Shown here: piece after piece, positions 1 to 11,850 of the stretch | Numbering within the stretch: position 1 is the first letter of the stretch | Layout of the letters: each line of letters begins with the position of its first letter | Source: Octopus vulgaris | Lineage: Eukaryota | Direction: 5' to 3' | NCBI GenBank assembly: GCA_951406725.2 | Contig: OX597837.1 | Location: forward strand, 22,940,001 to 23,004,000 | DNA length: 64,000 nt | Translations under genes and position numbers: made by a program | Notes under the pieces: generated by a model | The model's database searches: none | Told to the model about the DNA's origin: nothing | The model's input: the letters and a program-made list of their open reading frames with translations, nothing else

Positions 1-398
1 AGAAACCTGGACGTTATCAAAGAAGCTTGAGAGGCGGTTGGATGGAACCTACACTCGCCTCCTTATGAGAGCTCAAAATCTCTCGTGGAAGCGCCATCCA
101 ACCAAAATGCAAATATATGGGAAACTACCACCTGTGTCATCTCTTGTGAAAGGTAGGAGAGTCCAGTTTGCTGGACATTGTTGTAGAGCTGAAAACAAAG
201 CAATTTCTACTCTTCTCCTCTGGAAGCCATCTACTCGCAATACCAGAGGGCGCACACTCTCCTACCCTGATGTAATCTCCAGGGATACAGGCATCCAGCA
301 ACAGGACCTCCGTAATGCCATGATGGACCGTGAAGTCTGGCGTAGCATGGTAAATTCCATTGTCTCGACCACGGTCGAACAATGATGATGATGATAAT
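1..398 (+). mobile_element. RTE-group LINE 3' end (open C-terminal ORF followed by (TGA)n tail)
   Basis: ETWTLSKKLERRLDGTYTRLLMRAQNLSWKRHPT...RRVQFAGHC...AMMDREVWR, stop at 383-385, then tgatgatgat. Confidence 0.85.
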
Positions 399-399
399 G

Positions 400-630
400 A
401 TTGTTATAAATGTGAATTTATAATCTGGATATAGATGCTGGAGGTTTTGAGGCAGTTGTCCATAGTTGTTCTGTTTCTCTTCAATTTCCAAAGAGATATT
501 CACTCAACAGGACAGTTGACCTCTATGATGGTATATACTTTTTCTTGCCTGTCCCTAACAGCAATATCTGACCTGTTATGTTTACACTTGGCATGTTTTA
601 AAGGGAATGTTCCACCAGTATTTCTTGTTT
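400..630 (-). mobile_element. Dong/R4-like LINE fragment (restriction-like endonuclease domain), degraded
   Basis: Minus-strand CKHNRSDIAVRDRQEKVYTIIEVNCP / NISLEIEEKQNNYGQL..LYPDYKFTFI resembles the RPD..IEVSCP..EK..Y motif of the RLE domain. Confidence 0.7.
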
Positions 631-673
631 GTTTGTTTGTGTGTGTGTGTGTGTCTCTGTGTACATATAAATA

Positions 674-996
674 TCCCAGACCGGGCGTTGTGAGTGTTTA
701 TTGAGCGAAAACACCTAAAAGCTCTACGAGGCTCCGGCAGGGGATGGTGGTGATCCCTGCTGTACTCTTTCGCCACAACTTTCTCTCACTCTTACTTCCT
801 GTTTCTGTTGTACCTGTATTTCAAGGGGCCGGCCTTGTCACTCTCTGTGTCACGCTGAATATCCCCGAGAACTACGTTAAGGGTGCACGTGTCTGTGGAG
901 TGCTCAGCCACTTACACGTTAATTTCACGAGCAGGCTGTTCCGTTGATTCGGATCAACCGGAACCCTCATCGTCGTAACCAACGGAGTGCTTCCAC
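674..996 (+). mobile_element. 5'-truncated tRNA-derived SINE (body shared with 36061-36372, different tail)
   Basis: cccagaccgggcg.tgtgagtgtttattgagcgaaaacacctaaaa...gtactctttcgccacaa is nearly identical to the reverse complement of about 36190-36306. The tail recurs at about 45735-45905 and 50403-50463. Confidence 0.75.
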
Positions 997-1884
997 ATAT
1001 AAATATATGTATGTATGCATGTAGTTAAGTATGTATGTAATATATGAGGTGTTATAAGAAAGATTCAAGACTGCATGATTTTTCATGATATTGTTATTAA
1101 ATTATTCGAAAACAGTAAAATTCTAACCCCTTTAGTTCAGGTATGTCATTGTTTAGCTCACCAAGTGAAAAAAGCCCGCAATTGAAAGTGTTTTAGCCAT
1201 GAAATACCCATACCGTTTTTGAAGAGAGAGAGAGTTATTTGGAGACATTTAGCAGCTATTTCTAGCAGGTCTGTTAACCACATTGGCTCATTGACGAGTG
1301 TTTGTAATAAATATATGAGTGGAAACCAGAATGCATTATGTAATTATACTATTCAGTTCTGTCATGTCCGTTCTGAGTTCATAACCTACAGGTGTTCACA
1401 TTACCTTGCGTCTTTCTAATATTGATAAAATGAGGTGGAATGGTTAATGCAATTGGCTATAGTGCTGACCTTCAACAACTGACCTTTATCCATAATATAT
1501 ATTATGGCAGCAGTGAGCAATGGCATGGGAAAGAACAGACTTAATGGAATGCAAATTATGAGCTGACACCAATCCTTGAAGGAATTAAATTTCACTTATT
1601 TGTGCAGATGATGTCCTTGATAAACTTAAATATCATATTCTTTTATGAGTATGGCTATGCTGGAGCACCACCTTGAAGGATTTTAGCCAAACAAATTGAT
1701 CCCAGGACTTATTTTTTAAGCTAAGCACTTATCCTGTTGGTCTCTTTTGCCAAACCGCTAAGTTATGGGGACATAAACACACCAACACCAGTGTTCAAGT
1801 GGTGACGGGGGGACCATCACAGACAGAAAGACATACACATATAAATATATACACACACACACATATATATATATATGTATGTAT

Positions 1885-2322
1885 ATACTCTTTACTCTTA
1901 TACTTGTTTCAGTCATTTGACTGCAGCCATGCTGGAGCACCGCCTTTAGTTGAGCAAATCGACCCTGGAACTTATTCTTTGTAAGCCCAGTACTTATTCT
2001 ATCGGTCTTTTGCCGAACCGCTAAGTTACGGGGGACATAAACGGACCAACACCAGTGTTCAAGTGGTGACGGGGGGACAAACAGACAGAAAGACATACAC
2101 ATATAAATATACATACACACACACACATGTATATATATATATATATATATATATATTAACATACACGGCAGGTTTCTTTCAGTTTCCATCTACCAAAATC
2201 CACTCACAAGTCTTTGGTCAGCCCAAGGCTACGTTAGAAGACACTTGCCCAAGGTGCCATGCAATGGGAATGAACCCAGAATCACGTGGCTGGGAAGCAA
2301 GCTTCTTACCACACAACCACAC
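1885..2322 (-). mobile_element. Family-A tRNA-derived SINE with internal (TA/CA)n; a partial extra copy lies at about 1650-1880
   Basis: Reverse complement of the ~400-bp consensus seen at 7178-7585. Confidence 0.85.
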
Positions 2323-2342
2323 CAACTGATAATGATTCTTCT

Positions 2343-2624
2343 TGTGGTGGCGCGAGTATGACACCCTCTGATGAGAATAGATGGGATCACTACATGAAAA
2401 TAGTAGCAGTTTGATGGAGTCAGCAGCTTATAGTTAGTCTTTGAAGTCCAGGTACAGTTTACAGTTTGAGTTAGTGTGTTGGAAATATTGATTCTTGGTT
2501 CGTTGAGTGCTTGCCACTGCTACTGTTTTTATTTTGTATTGTTATAACACTGTTACAGTGTGTTCTTTATCTATCATCGACAATATCAACCATACTACGA
2601 TACTGGAGGCTTCAGGATATTATA
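2343..2624 (+). repeat. 5' LTR
   Basis: tgtggtggcgcgagtatgacaccctctga...gatactggaggcttcaggatattata aligns with 7639-7915. Confidence 0.9.
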
Positions 2625-2626
2625 TC

Positions 2627-2638
2627 TAGCGATGAGGA
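2627..2638 (+). promoter_or_regulatory. Primer-binding site, probably for tRNA-Ser(GCU)
   Basis: tagcgatgagga, 2 nt after the LTR, equals TGGCGACGAGGA (complement of the tRNA-Ser GCU 3' end) with two transitions. Confidence 0.6.
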
Positions 2639-2696
2639 CTTTTCAAAGCTGATGTAGGTTATTTGACAATTAGTGCATCATACAAATAGTTAAATT

Positions 2697-3800
2697 ATGG
2701 AGAACTTATTAGCTGCAGTAATACAGCTTCAAGAGAAGCAACAGAAACAACTACAGGAGTTGCAGAAGCAAATATTACAACAACAACAATAGTTAACTGA
2801 GCTACAGTCAAGGAAGTCTGAAAATTCGTTAAGTTCATTTACACCAGATGAACTTGATTTCTGAACTCACTTATAATCCGGAGGAGGGTATTGTGTTTCA
2901 TGTGTACTACAGAAGGTATGAGGAAATTTTTAATAAAAGATTGCAAGTCATGCTCAGATGAGGAGAAAGTGCGGCTATTGCAATGCAAGATAGCTCCGGC
3001 CAAGTACAAACGCTACTGTAACTTTATATTGCCCAAAATGTCGAGTGAGATTTGTTTCCAAGAAACTATTGAATTACTCTCAAAGATCTTTGGTGACAAA
3101 AGTTCGTTATTTAACCCTCGAATAGAATGTTGGAACATAACAAAAAATGGTAATGATGACTTTATTACATATGTGTGAAAAGTTTAAACTTCAGAATATG
3201 CTTAAATCTCTTATCTTCACACAAGGTCTTATCATAACTGAATAGAGAAATTTGGGCAAGGATTCTCTCAAAAATGGAGCAAGCGAACCAAGACATAACC
3301 CTACAGACCATTGCGGAAGAATATGAAACAATGGTAAACCTGAAGCATGGTGTGAAAAAAATTTAACAGACAGATTCCACAAAAATTCAGATGTCTCAAC
3401 CTGGAAAGTACAACCAAAAATGAGTGCCAGGCCACAATCCATGTTAAGGATCTGGAAGCCTACACTTCAGAAAAGAGTGTCCGTTTAAAAACCAAAAATG
3501 TTATAGTTGTCAGAAATTTGGTCACAAGAGCTCACGCAGCAGGACAAGACTACAAGGGTCAAACACAAAAAGTTCTAAGGTGTTTTCAGCAAAAAGTGAA
3601 TATGACACAGAAACAAGAAAATTTTGTACATTTAAAAATAAATGGTGTAAATATTAAACTACAGTTGGATACAAGTAGTGAGATTTCAATCATAAATGTG
3701 TATACATGGAGGAAAATTGGGAAACTGAGGTTACATAAAACCGTAAAATTGTGCATGATGTGACAGATGATAAATTACATTTCATGGGCAAAATGTGTAA
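2697..3800 (+). pseudogene. Gypsy gag + aspartic protease, disrupted
   Basis: Q-rich start MENLLAAVIQLQEKQQKQ; zinc knuckles ..HFRKECPFKNQKCYSCQKFGH at about 3440-3535; protease motif LQLDTSS at about 3660. Confidence 0.85.
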
Positions 3801-4132
3801 GGGTAAAGACCCCCTTCGGTCATGAATGACCATGGGATTGCACCTAGAAAGTTACCCTCCTAGACACAAGTCCGGGCAAGGTTGTTTATGGAAGGCCAGC
3901 AGTCGCCCATGCATACCAGCCTCCCCTCTCCACGCCACCAGTGTTATCCAAGGGAAAGACAAAGGTCGATACAGCTTGGCACCAGTGACGTCGCAACTCA
4001 TTTCTACAGCTGAGTGAACTGGAGCAACGTGAAATAAAGTGCCTTGCTCGAGAACACAACACGCAGCCCGGTCCGGGATTCGAGCTCACAACCTTACGAT
4101 CGTAAGCTCGACGCTCTAACCACTGAGCCATG
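3800..4132 (-). mobile_element. Young tRNA-derived SINE inserted in the Gypsy protease region
   Basis: Head tggctcagtggttagagcg...gagctcgaatcc (A/B boxes), core tgtgttctcgagcaaggcactttatttcacgttgctccagttcactcagctg, TSD caaaatgtgta at 3789-3799 and 4155-4165. Confidence 0.85.
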
Positions 4133-4523
4133 TACAAAAATTGTAACCACTGTACAAAATGTGTACAGACGTCATATTTCAAGGAGAAACACACAAACCA
4201 TACATGCATGTATGTATGTATGTATGTATGTATATATGCTTTTCATGATATTGTTATTAAATTATTCGAAAACAGTTACATTCTAACCCCTTTAGTTACA
4301 GGTATGTCACTGTTTAGCTCACCAAGTGAAAAAAGCCCGCAATCAAAAGTGTTTTAGCCATGAAATATCCGTATCGTCTTAGAAGATGGAGAGATATTTG
4401 GAGACATTTAGCAGCTATTTCTAGCAGGTCTGTCAACTGCTCATTGACAAGTGTTCGTAATAAAATATATGAGTGGAAGCAAGAATGCATTATGCAATTA
4501 TACTATTCAGTTCTGCCATGTCC

Positions 4524-7100
4524 TGTTAAAAATAAATAGTCAGAGGAATTGAAAAGAAAATTGAAAAAGATATTTTCTCAGATGCTAATGGAGGATTTAA
4601 AAAAGACTGAAGCCGGCTTTCAAGTAAGTGAAAACGCTGTGCCTGTATCTAAATCTAACAGAAGAGTACTGTTTGCTGCAATTGGATTCATAAATGACAG
4701 ACTGGGAAAAAGTGGAATCATTAAAAAGTTGGATTACTCTAAGTGGGTGGCACCCGGGTGTGCATTAAAAAGAAAAATAAGAAGATCATGCTGTGTGCCA
4801 ATTTGAACGACTACTTAAAGACATGCCATCATTCACTGCTGGCTCCAGAGGATATTTTCGCAAAATTAAATGGTGGAAAAATTTTCTCCAAATTGGATCT
4901 GTTCGACACTTATTTACAGATTAAAGTAAATGACAAATGCTCAAAGTATCTGACAATAAATACACATAGAGGATTGTGCAGATATACCTTGTTACCTTTT
5001 GAATTAAAGGTTGTACTGGCAATATTTCAGCAAATCATGGATGCTATGTAATCTGATTGTGAATTTACAATCCCTTATTTGGATGATATATGAAAAGTAA
5101 TTAGTGTGAACAGCATGTGGAGCATACAAAAGCTGCACTCAAGAAAATTGAAGAGTATGGGTTCACTTTGAGTGATGAAAAATGCAAATATTTTTTTGCC
5201 CAAAATTAGGTACTTAGGGAAAATAATTGATAAAAACTGTAGATGGCCTGACCCATCAAAGACAGATGCAATAAAGAATATACCTGCTTTGACAAATATA
5301 CCAACATTACAAGCGATTCTTGGGCAGGCAAACTACTACAAAAACTACATTCCTAACACGCACGGATTAAGAGCTCTATTGAATGACTTATTGAAAAAAG
5401 GAAGTAAAGTGGAATTGGTCAGTTAAATGCCAAAACACTTTTGAAGAAATAAAAAAATTCTAATCACAGATTTTTCTCTAGTAAATTTCAATCCTGAAAT
5501 GGACATTGTTGTAGTGACTGATGCTCCAGAGTATGAAATAAGAGCAGTTTTGCTACACAAGTATAAAGATAGAAGTATGAAACCAATGATTCATATTTCA
5601 TGCTCATTGATAGCAGTAGAGATAAAAATACAGTCAGATAGAAAAAGAAGCCCTATCAATTATCTTTGCAGTGAAAAAATTTCACAAGTTTCTGTTACAA
5701 ACGGATCACCAACCATTGCTATCAATTTATGGGTCAAAGAAAGGGTTACCTACCAGTACAGTGAACTGACTACAACATTGGGGTATAATATTACTAAATT
5801 ACAATTTCAAAGTGTGGTATATTCCATCCAAAAAAAATTGGTCATGCTGACTGTCTATCAAGATTAATTCCCCAAAATACGGAACCACTAGAAAATATCG
5901 TGACAGCCACACTGAAGGCAGAAAATGAAATAAAAAGTATTATGACTAATGTTATCCAAGAACTGCCAGCGACTCACAGGATATAAGAATGAAATCTGTA
6001 GGTGATGAGTATATTACAAAGATGAAAGAAGCTTTAAAAAATAAGCAGAATAAAAATACAAATATGAGAAGATATTATGATGTATGAGCAAAGAGTTGTA
6101 GTACCAACTACATTACAAAAATGTGTATTGCAGCGATTCTACAGTGGACACCTGGGAATGTTGAAGATGAAAGCTCTGATGAAGAGCTATATCTTGCCCA
6201 ACTATGGACTGGGATATCAAAAATTTGGTGAGAACCCCACAGGTAAAATATGAAAGTCCCACAGGTAAAAATATGAAAGTCGCACAGGTAAAATATGAAA
6301 GTCCCACAGATAAAATATGAATCATGGCTGGAGACTGAGAACCCATGATCTAGGTTACTATGCTAGACCGATGAATGGCACTTACTACCTAATCATGGTA
6401 GATAGCTGTACAAAGTGGCCAGAGGTATGCAGGTGCAATAAACCAACCACTAAGACAACTATAAAGTTCCGATATGAATTGTTTGTGCAATACGTTGTTC
6501 CAGACATGTTAGTTTCTGATTATGGAATGCAATTCTTGGGGTATGAATTCAAGAACTGTAAAATGCATGTGATAAAGCATATTTTCACTCCACCCTACCA
6601 CCTGAGGTCAAATGGGGAGGTAGAAAGATTCCTGGATGTTCAAAGGAGAGTTAAGAAACGCTAGGAATGAATTAAGTAACAACGAAGCACTAACAAAATT
6701 CTTAAGGGTATATAGAGTAACCCCCAATCCAAGTACAAATTCAAGAAAAGTCACCTACAGCATTGATGTTTGTAAGAAGAATAAAATCGATTTTTGGTAA
6801 GTTATTGCCAGAGAAAAAAATGATGTAAAGGAAATACGAAAGATGTAATGAAGTATTTCAAAGTAGGAAATAAAGTGCATTTTAAAACCTACAAAAATGG
6901 TAAAGAAGGCTGAAAGGATGGCTTTGTAACCCAAAAAATAGGAAGTATGATGTATCTAATTTAAAGGATCATGCTGGGAACATGAGACACCTAAATCTGC
7001 TAAAGAAGAGACCTACCGAAGAATGGAGAGAAATTCCTATGGAAGTATTTTTTGATGCAATCAATGTCCCAGCACTAAAAGTAATGGAGTCCCTTAGAAC
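4524..7100 (+). pseudogene. Gypsy pol (RT, RNase H, integrase), disrupted
   Basis: RT: FSKLDL..YLQI..LTINTHRGL, YLDDI at about 5077, YLGKIID. RH: [17 protein letters not shown]: GHLGM.KMK, DSCTKWPEV, SDYGMQF, PPYH.RSNGEVERF. Confidence 0.88.
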
Positions 7101-7177
7101 CAGCATGAAAATAATGGAAGGAGACCGAACAGCTTGAGATAAGGCCTAAGCAAAAAAGATACTAAAAAATAATAATA

Positions 7178-7590
7178 TAGGCGCAGGAGTGGGTGTGTGG
7201 TAAGTAGCTTGCTAACCAGCCACATGGTTCCGGGTTCAGTCCCACTGCGTGGCATCTTGGGCAAGTGTCTTCTGCTATAGCTCCGGGCCGACTAATGCCT
7301 TGTGAGTGGATTTGGCAGACGGAAACTGAAAGAAGCCTGTCGTATATATGTATATATATATCTATATGTATGTGTGTGTGTGTGTTTGTGTGTCTGTGTT
7401 TGTCCCCCTAGCATTGCTTGACAACTGATGCTGGTGTGTTTACGTCCCCGTCACTTAGCAGTTCGGCAAAAGAGACCAATAGAATAAGTACTGGACTCAC
7501 AAAGAATAAGTCCCAGGGTCAATTTGCTCGACTAAAGGCGGTGCTCCAGCATGGCCGCAGTCAAATGACTGAAACAAGTAAAAAGAAAAG
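7178..7590 (+). mobile_element. Family-A SINE (reference copy) in the Gypsy 3' region
   Basis: ggcgcaggagtgg.tgtgtggtaagtagcttgc...ggttcagtccc (A/B boxes), ccttgggcaagtgtc core, internal (TA)(TG) microsatellite, tail ggcggtgctccagcatggccgcagtcaaatgactgaaac. Confidence 0.9.
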
Positions 7591-7627
7591 AAAAAAAAAT
7601 CTTTATTCCTTCAGAACTCGAAATATC

Positions 7628-7915
7628 AAAAGGGGAGATGTTGTGGCATGAGTATGACACCCTCTGACAAGAATAGATGGGGGCCCACTACATATAGATA
7701 GTAATGGTCTGACATAGTCGGCAGTTCATAGTTTGGTCTTTGAAGTCCAGGTACAGCTTACAGTTCGAGTTGGAAATATTGATTCTTGGTTTGTTGCATG
7801 TTTATTACTGCTGCTGTTTCTATTTTGCTTTGTTATAACACCGTTACAGTGTATTCTTTACCTATCATCGACAATATCAACCGTACTATGATACTGGAGG
7901 CTTAAAGATATAACA
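7628..7915 (+). repeat. Polypurine tract (7628-7638) and 3' LTR (7639-7915, TG...CA)
   Basis: aaaaggggaga|tgttgtggcatgagtatgacacc...cttaaagatataaca. Confidence 0.9.
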
Positions 7916-8861
7916 CTTTTATACATTTGAAGTTTTGTGCCACCAATTTAAAAGAAATTAATAATGGGTGTCTATAATGAAAGTAAAACAAGTTGGCATT
8001 GGCTCAGATATGTTGTTATGAAGTTGGCTTTTCAACTTCACGCTTCTGAGATTGATACCAGTTGGAAGACATTACCTTGGGCAAGTGTCTTCTACTAAAA
8101 ATTTGTGAGTGGAATTTGGTAGACAGATATTGTAGAGATGTTCATTTGCATAACATCGTTATTTTCATTAATGCTACCATCATCAATTTACATTACTTTT
8201 CCATGCAGGTATGCTGCAAGATAGATCTCATAGTGTCTTATCACACACACACACAGATACATGTATATATTCACAGTGTCATGTAATCGATTTAAGCACA
8301 CACACACATTAATATTTATATAGTTTGATAAAGGCTAGCGTGTTAAGAGACTGAAGTCCTTATCATTCAACATGTAGAAGTTTAACAAACATATACTCTA
8401 CTAAAAAGTATCAAGTAATTCTTCAGTTTAATGGTTAATTTTGTACATAACTTGACACAGAAGCAAAAAGTAATATGCACGAACACACATTTTCTATTAA
8501 AAATGGGCAGATGTACAGTGACTTGAAGTTGAGAGTTTTGTGTGTTAGCACTTATCAATACATGAAACTCAGCTCTTGAGTCACTCAGTAACTTCTGCTG
8601 ATTATTAATAAAAGAAAATGTATATATACACTCATGTTTTGAGTTCAATCTTCTTCTTTGCATCACCAAACTTACACACACACACACACACACAACCACA
8701 TATATATATATAATTTAATTCTTGTATTTATGCAGCTGAGGATTGCTCTTCATTTAAATTATTGTAATGGTTGCATTGTTCAATTAAATGGAGTTGCTTG
8801 AAACGATCATGCTGCATTACCTCTGGATATTCTGTTGCTTATTTTGATTATTATATATATA

Positions 8862-9100
8862 TATCAGAAAGGTGGGTATAAATTCCAATACTGAAGCAGC
8901 AGAGAGGGCCACTAGGTGGCTTTGAATGAAGGGGGCAGAACAGTGGTTTACCGCTATTGGGATGCAGGCAGGGACTTGATGAACCTTGGCTGGATCAAAT
9001 GGCCAAAGGGATCTGGTGCAGAAAGATCCTAAACTTCACGAGACCACAGGAACATCACTGACAATGCTTTCCAGAACATCCATCAGATATATCTTGAAAC
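8862..9100 (+). mobile_element. HERO/NeSL-like RLE LINE 3' end, degraded
   Basis: EAAERATRWL*MKGAEQW resembles the EAAEKASRWLWIKR C-terminus, followed by a 3'UTR-like segment. Confidence 0.6.
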
Positions 9101-9290
9101 TATATATACCAGTTTTACATTTTGGCACAAGGCCAGTAGTTCAGCTGGTACTGAATTTATCGACCCTCAAAGGATGAAAGAAAAAAAAACTGACCTTGGC
9201 TGAATTTGAACGCAGAACGTAAAGACAGATGAAAAGCCACTAAGCACTGGGTCTGGCATACTAACAATTCTGCCAGCTCACCACCTTACT

Positions 9291-9344
<54 letters not shown>

Positions 9345-9590
9345 TGTGCCGGTGGTGCGTAAAAAGCACCATCCGATCGTGGTTGTTTGCCAGCCTCGTC
9401 TGGCACCTGTGCCGGTGGCACGTAAAAAGCACCCACTACACTCATGGAGTGGTTGGCGTTGGGAAGGGCATCCAGCTGTAGAAACACTGCCAGATCAGAC
9501 TGGGCCTGGTGCAGCCTTCTGGCTTCCCAGACCCCAGTTGAACCGTCCAACCCATGCTAGCATGGAAAGCGGATGCTAAATGATGATATA
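9345..9590 (+). mobile_element. Non-autonomous RTE-derived repeat (family C) ending in (GAT)n; other copies at about 11932-12130 (+), 17820-18077 (+), 20378-20477 (-), 21833-22205 (+), 35107-35370 (-), 43290-43610 (-), 59448-59640 (-)
   Basis: Recurrent gtgccggtggcacgtaaaaagcacc...ggcgttaggaagggcatccagc.gtagaa...aacccatgctagcatggaaagcgga.gctaaacgatgatg. Confidence 0.75.
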
Positions 9591-9974
9591 TATATATTGA
9601 GCAAGTAGCATAGGTGAACAACAAAGAAATGTACAAGGAAAACAAAAGAACACTACAAGTCTGATCCATTCATCAGTTGTCAAAATTTTGGCACACACAC
9701 ACACACGTGTGTGTGTTTTAGTAATGTATATCAGTAAAAAATGCAAAAACTTCAATGAAAATTGATAAACTGCAGCATATTGTCCAACAAAAATCCTTTG
9801 TTTGATATCTGTTCCACCTGAGTGACACTGACAAATTCTCCTATATCACTTTGACCATTATAAATGCAGCAAGTCAGGTAGGACCCTTTTGGAAGAAGTG
9901 CCTGAGAACTCTTACCACTTATGACCCTCCCAAGAATATTAAATGGATGAGATGGATGGGTGGATGTAAATTAT

Positions 9975-10370
9975 ACTTTTATCTTTTACTTGTTTCAGTC
10001 ATTAGACTGCGGCCATGCTGCGGCACCACCATGAAGAATTTTTACCGAATGAGCTGACCCCAGTGCTTGTATATTTAAACCCGGGTACTTACTCTATCGG
10101 TCTCTTTTTCTGAACTGCTAAGTCATGAGGACATAAACACACCAGCACCAGTTGTCAATCAGTGGCGGGAGACAAATACAGACACAAAGACACACACACA
10201 CACACATATACACATATATACAATGAGCTCCTTTCAGTTTCCATCTACCAAATCCACTCACAAAGCTTTGGTTGGCCTGAGACTATAGTAGATGCTTGCC
10301 CAAGGTGTGGCACACTGGAACCATTGGTTGTGAAGCAAGCTTCTTACCACATGTCCATGCCTGCTCCTAT
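9975..10370 (-). mobile_element. Family-A SINE, older copy
   Basis: Diverged reverse-complement match to 7178-7585. Confidence 0.8.
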
Positions 10371-11394
10371 GGGTGCAGTCCCACTGTGGGAATGTTTTCT
10401 CAGAGTATAATTTAAATTATAATTTTATATTTTCTATTGAATTCTCATGCAACTCAAATTACATCATCTTTTGGATGCAACAATCCTAAGTGAAATTCCT
10501 GGATAAAAAGCATCTATTTAAGGCAAATTATCCCAAATATAGTGAATATGTGCTATTATATTTCCATTAATAAATCTGGGCGAGGCTGGGTACAGCTGGT
10601 AGCTAATATGTCATATACTCTTAATAGCTAGGAAAGCCATTATATGCTATACACTAATTTTAATTAACGATCTACATTACATTAATATCACTCACACAAC
10701 TGCTGTTGTTATAAAGGTGGTGAGATTAGTGTGGCAGTAAACTTCAAATGCATTCAGCTGTTTATTTTCTGTTTACAGTGTAATGTGAAAAGCAAATATT
10801 TTTAAGAACATGGATGGACTCACTGCTACCATTACTACAATCATTTTTCCTGAACCAGTTGGCACGACCCCAACTGGAATTAAAATGCTTAGATGCATGT
10901 CAGATTCTCCATTACAATCTTCAGATGCATTCTCTCTTTCTGCATTTAGCTAATTCTGTCAATGCCACTCCTACATGGCTCCTTGCCAAATACTGATTTT
11001 TTTTTACCCATGTTAGTCCAAGACTACTCATTCGTTAAGACAGGCTACATAATCAATCCAGTTGATTTTAGTATATTACTGGTACTTTTTTTATTGATCG
11101 TGCCGAGATGAAAGGCAAAGTTGAATATACATTTTTTTACTACCCACAAGGGGCTAAACACAGAGGGGACAAACAAGGACAGACAAACGGATTAAGTCGA
11201 TTACATCGACCCCAGTGCGTAACTTAATTTATCGACCCCGAAAGGATGAAAGGCAAAGTTGAATATAGAGGAGTTTTAATTTAGGTAATGCATGGCTGTG
11301 TGGTTATGATGCTTGCTTGGCAAACAGACAGAATTTTCGAGCTCAGTTCCATTGTCATTGCATGGAATCTTGAGCAAGTACCTACTACTATAGT

Positions 11395-11648
11395 GAAGGC
11401 ATGTGACTTAGTGGTTAGGATTGTGGACTTGTGATCATAAGATTGTGGTTCTGACTCTTGGACTTAGCGATACATTGTGTTCTTGAGCAAAACACTTCAT
11501 TTCATGTTGCTAGAGTGCACTCAGTTGGCAAAAATGAGCAATCTTGCAATGGACTAGCATCCCATCCTGGTGGGGAATACATACGCCATAAAACCAGGAA
11601 ACTGGCCCTTATGAGTTGGTATGACTTGAAAAGGTAACTTTTACCCAT
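11395..11648 (+). mobile_element. Old tRNA-derived SINE with the head/core type of 3800-4132 and a different tail
   Basis: tgacttagtggttagga...tgtgttcttgagcaaaacacttcatttcatgttgct..., tail cttgcaatggactagcatcccatcc. Confidence 0.65.
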
Positions 11649-11694
11649 TACTATACTCTTGGTTAAAATCCAATGCCTTGTGAGAGAAATTTGG

Positions 11695-11850
11695 CAGAAC
11701 TGTCAGACTTTGGAATGCTCCTCCATCTCATTGTTCTCCCTCCTTTTTATGACCTGAACTCTTTCAAGTCTGAAGTTAATTCAATCCTTTCGTCTTAATT
11801 TCTATTTCTTCATAGTTCTTCTCACCTCATTTAGGACTTACTTATAAAAA
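11695..11850 (+). mobile_element. CR1/L2-group LINE 3' fragment
   Basis: RTVRLWNAPP...DLNSFKSEVN resembles the R..WN.LP...L..FK C-terminal motif. Confidence 0.6.

Larger units (their letters stand above)
2343..7915 (+). mobile_element. Full-length but decayed Ty3/Gypsy LTR retrotransposon (Mag-like)
   Basis: Two ~280-bp LTRs, PBS, PPT, 5-bp TSD cttct/ctttt (1 mismatch), and domain order gag-PR-RT-RH-IN with many stops and frameshifts. Confidence 0.93.

Noticed and set aside
10575-10605. Helitron-like 3' hairpin (ctgggcgaggctgggtacagctggtag)
   Set aside because: Too degenerate, and no 5' end or second copy was found.
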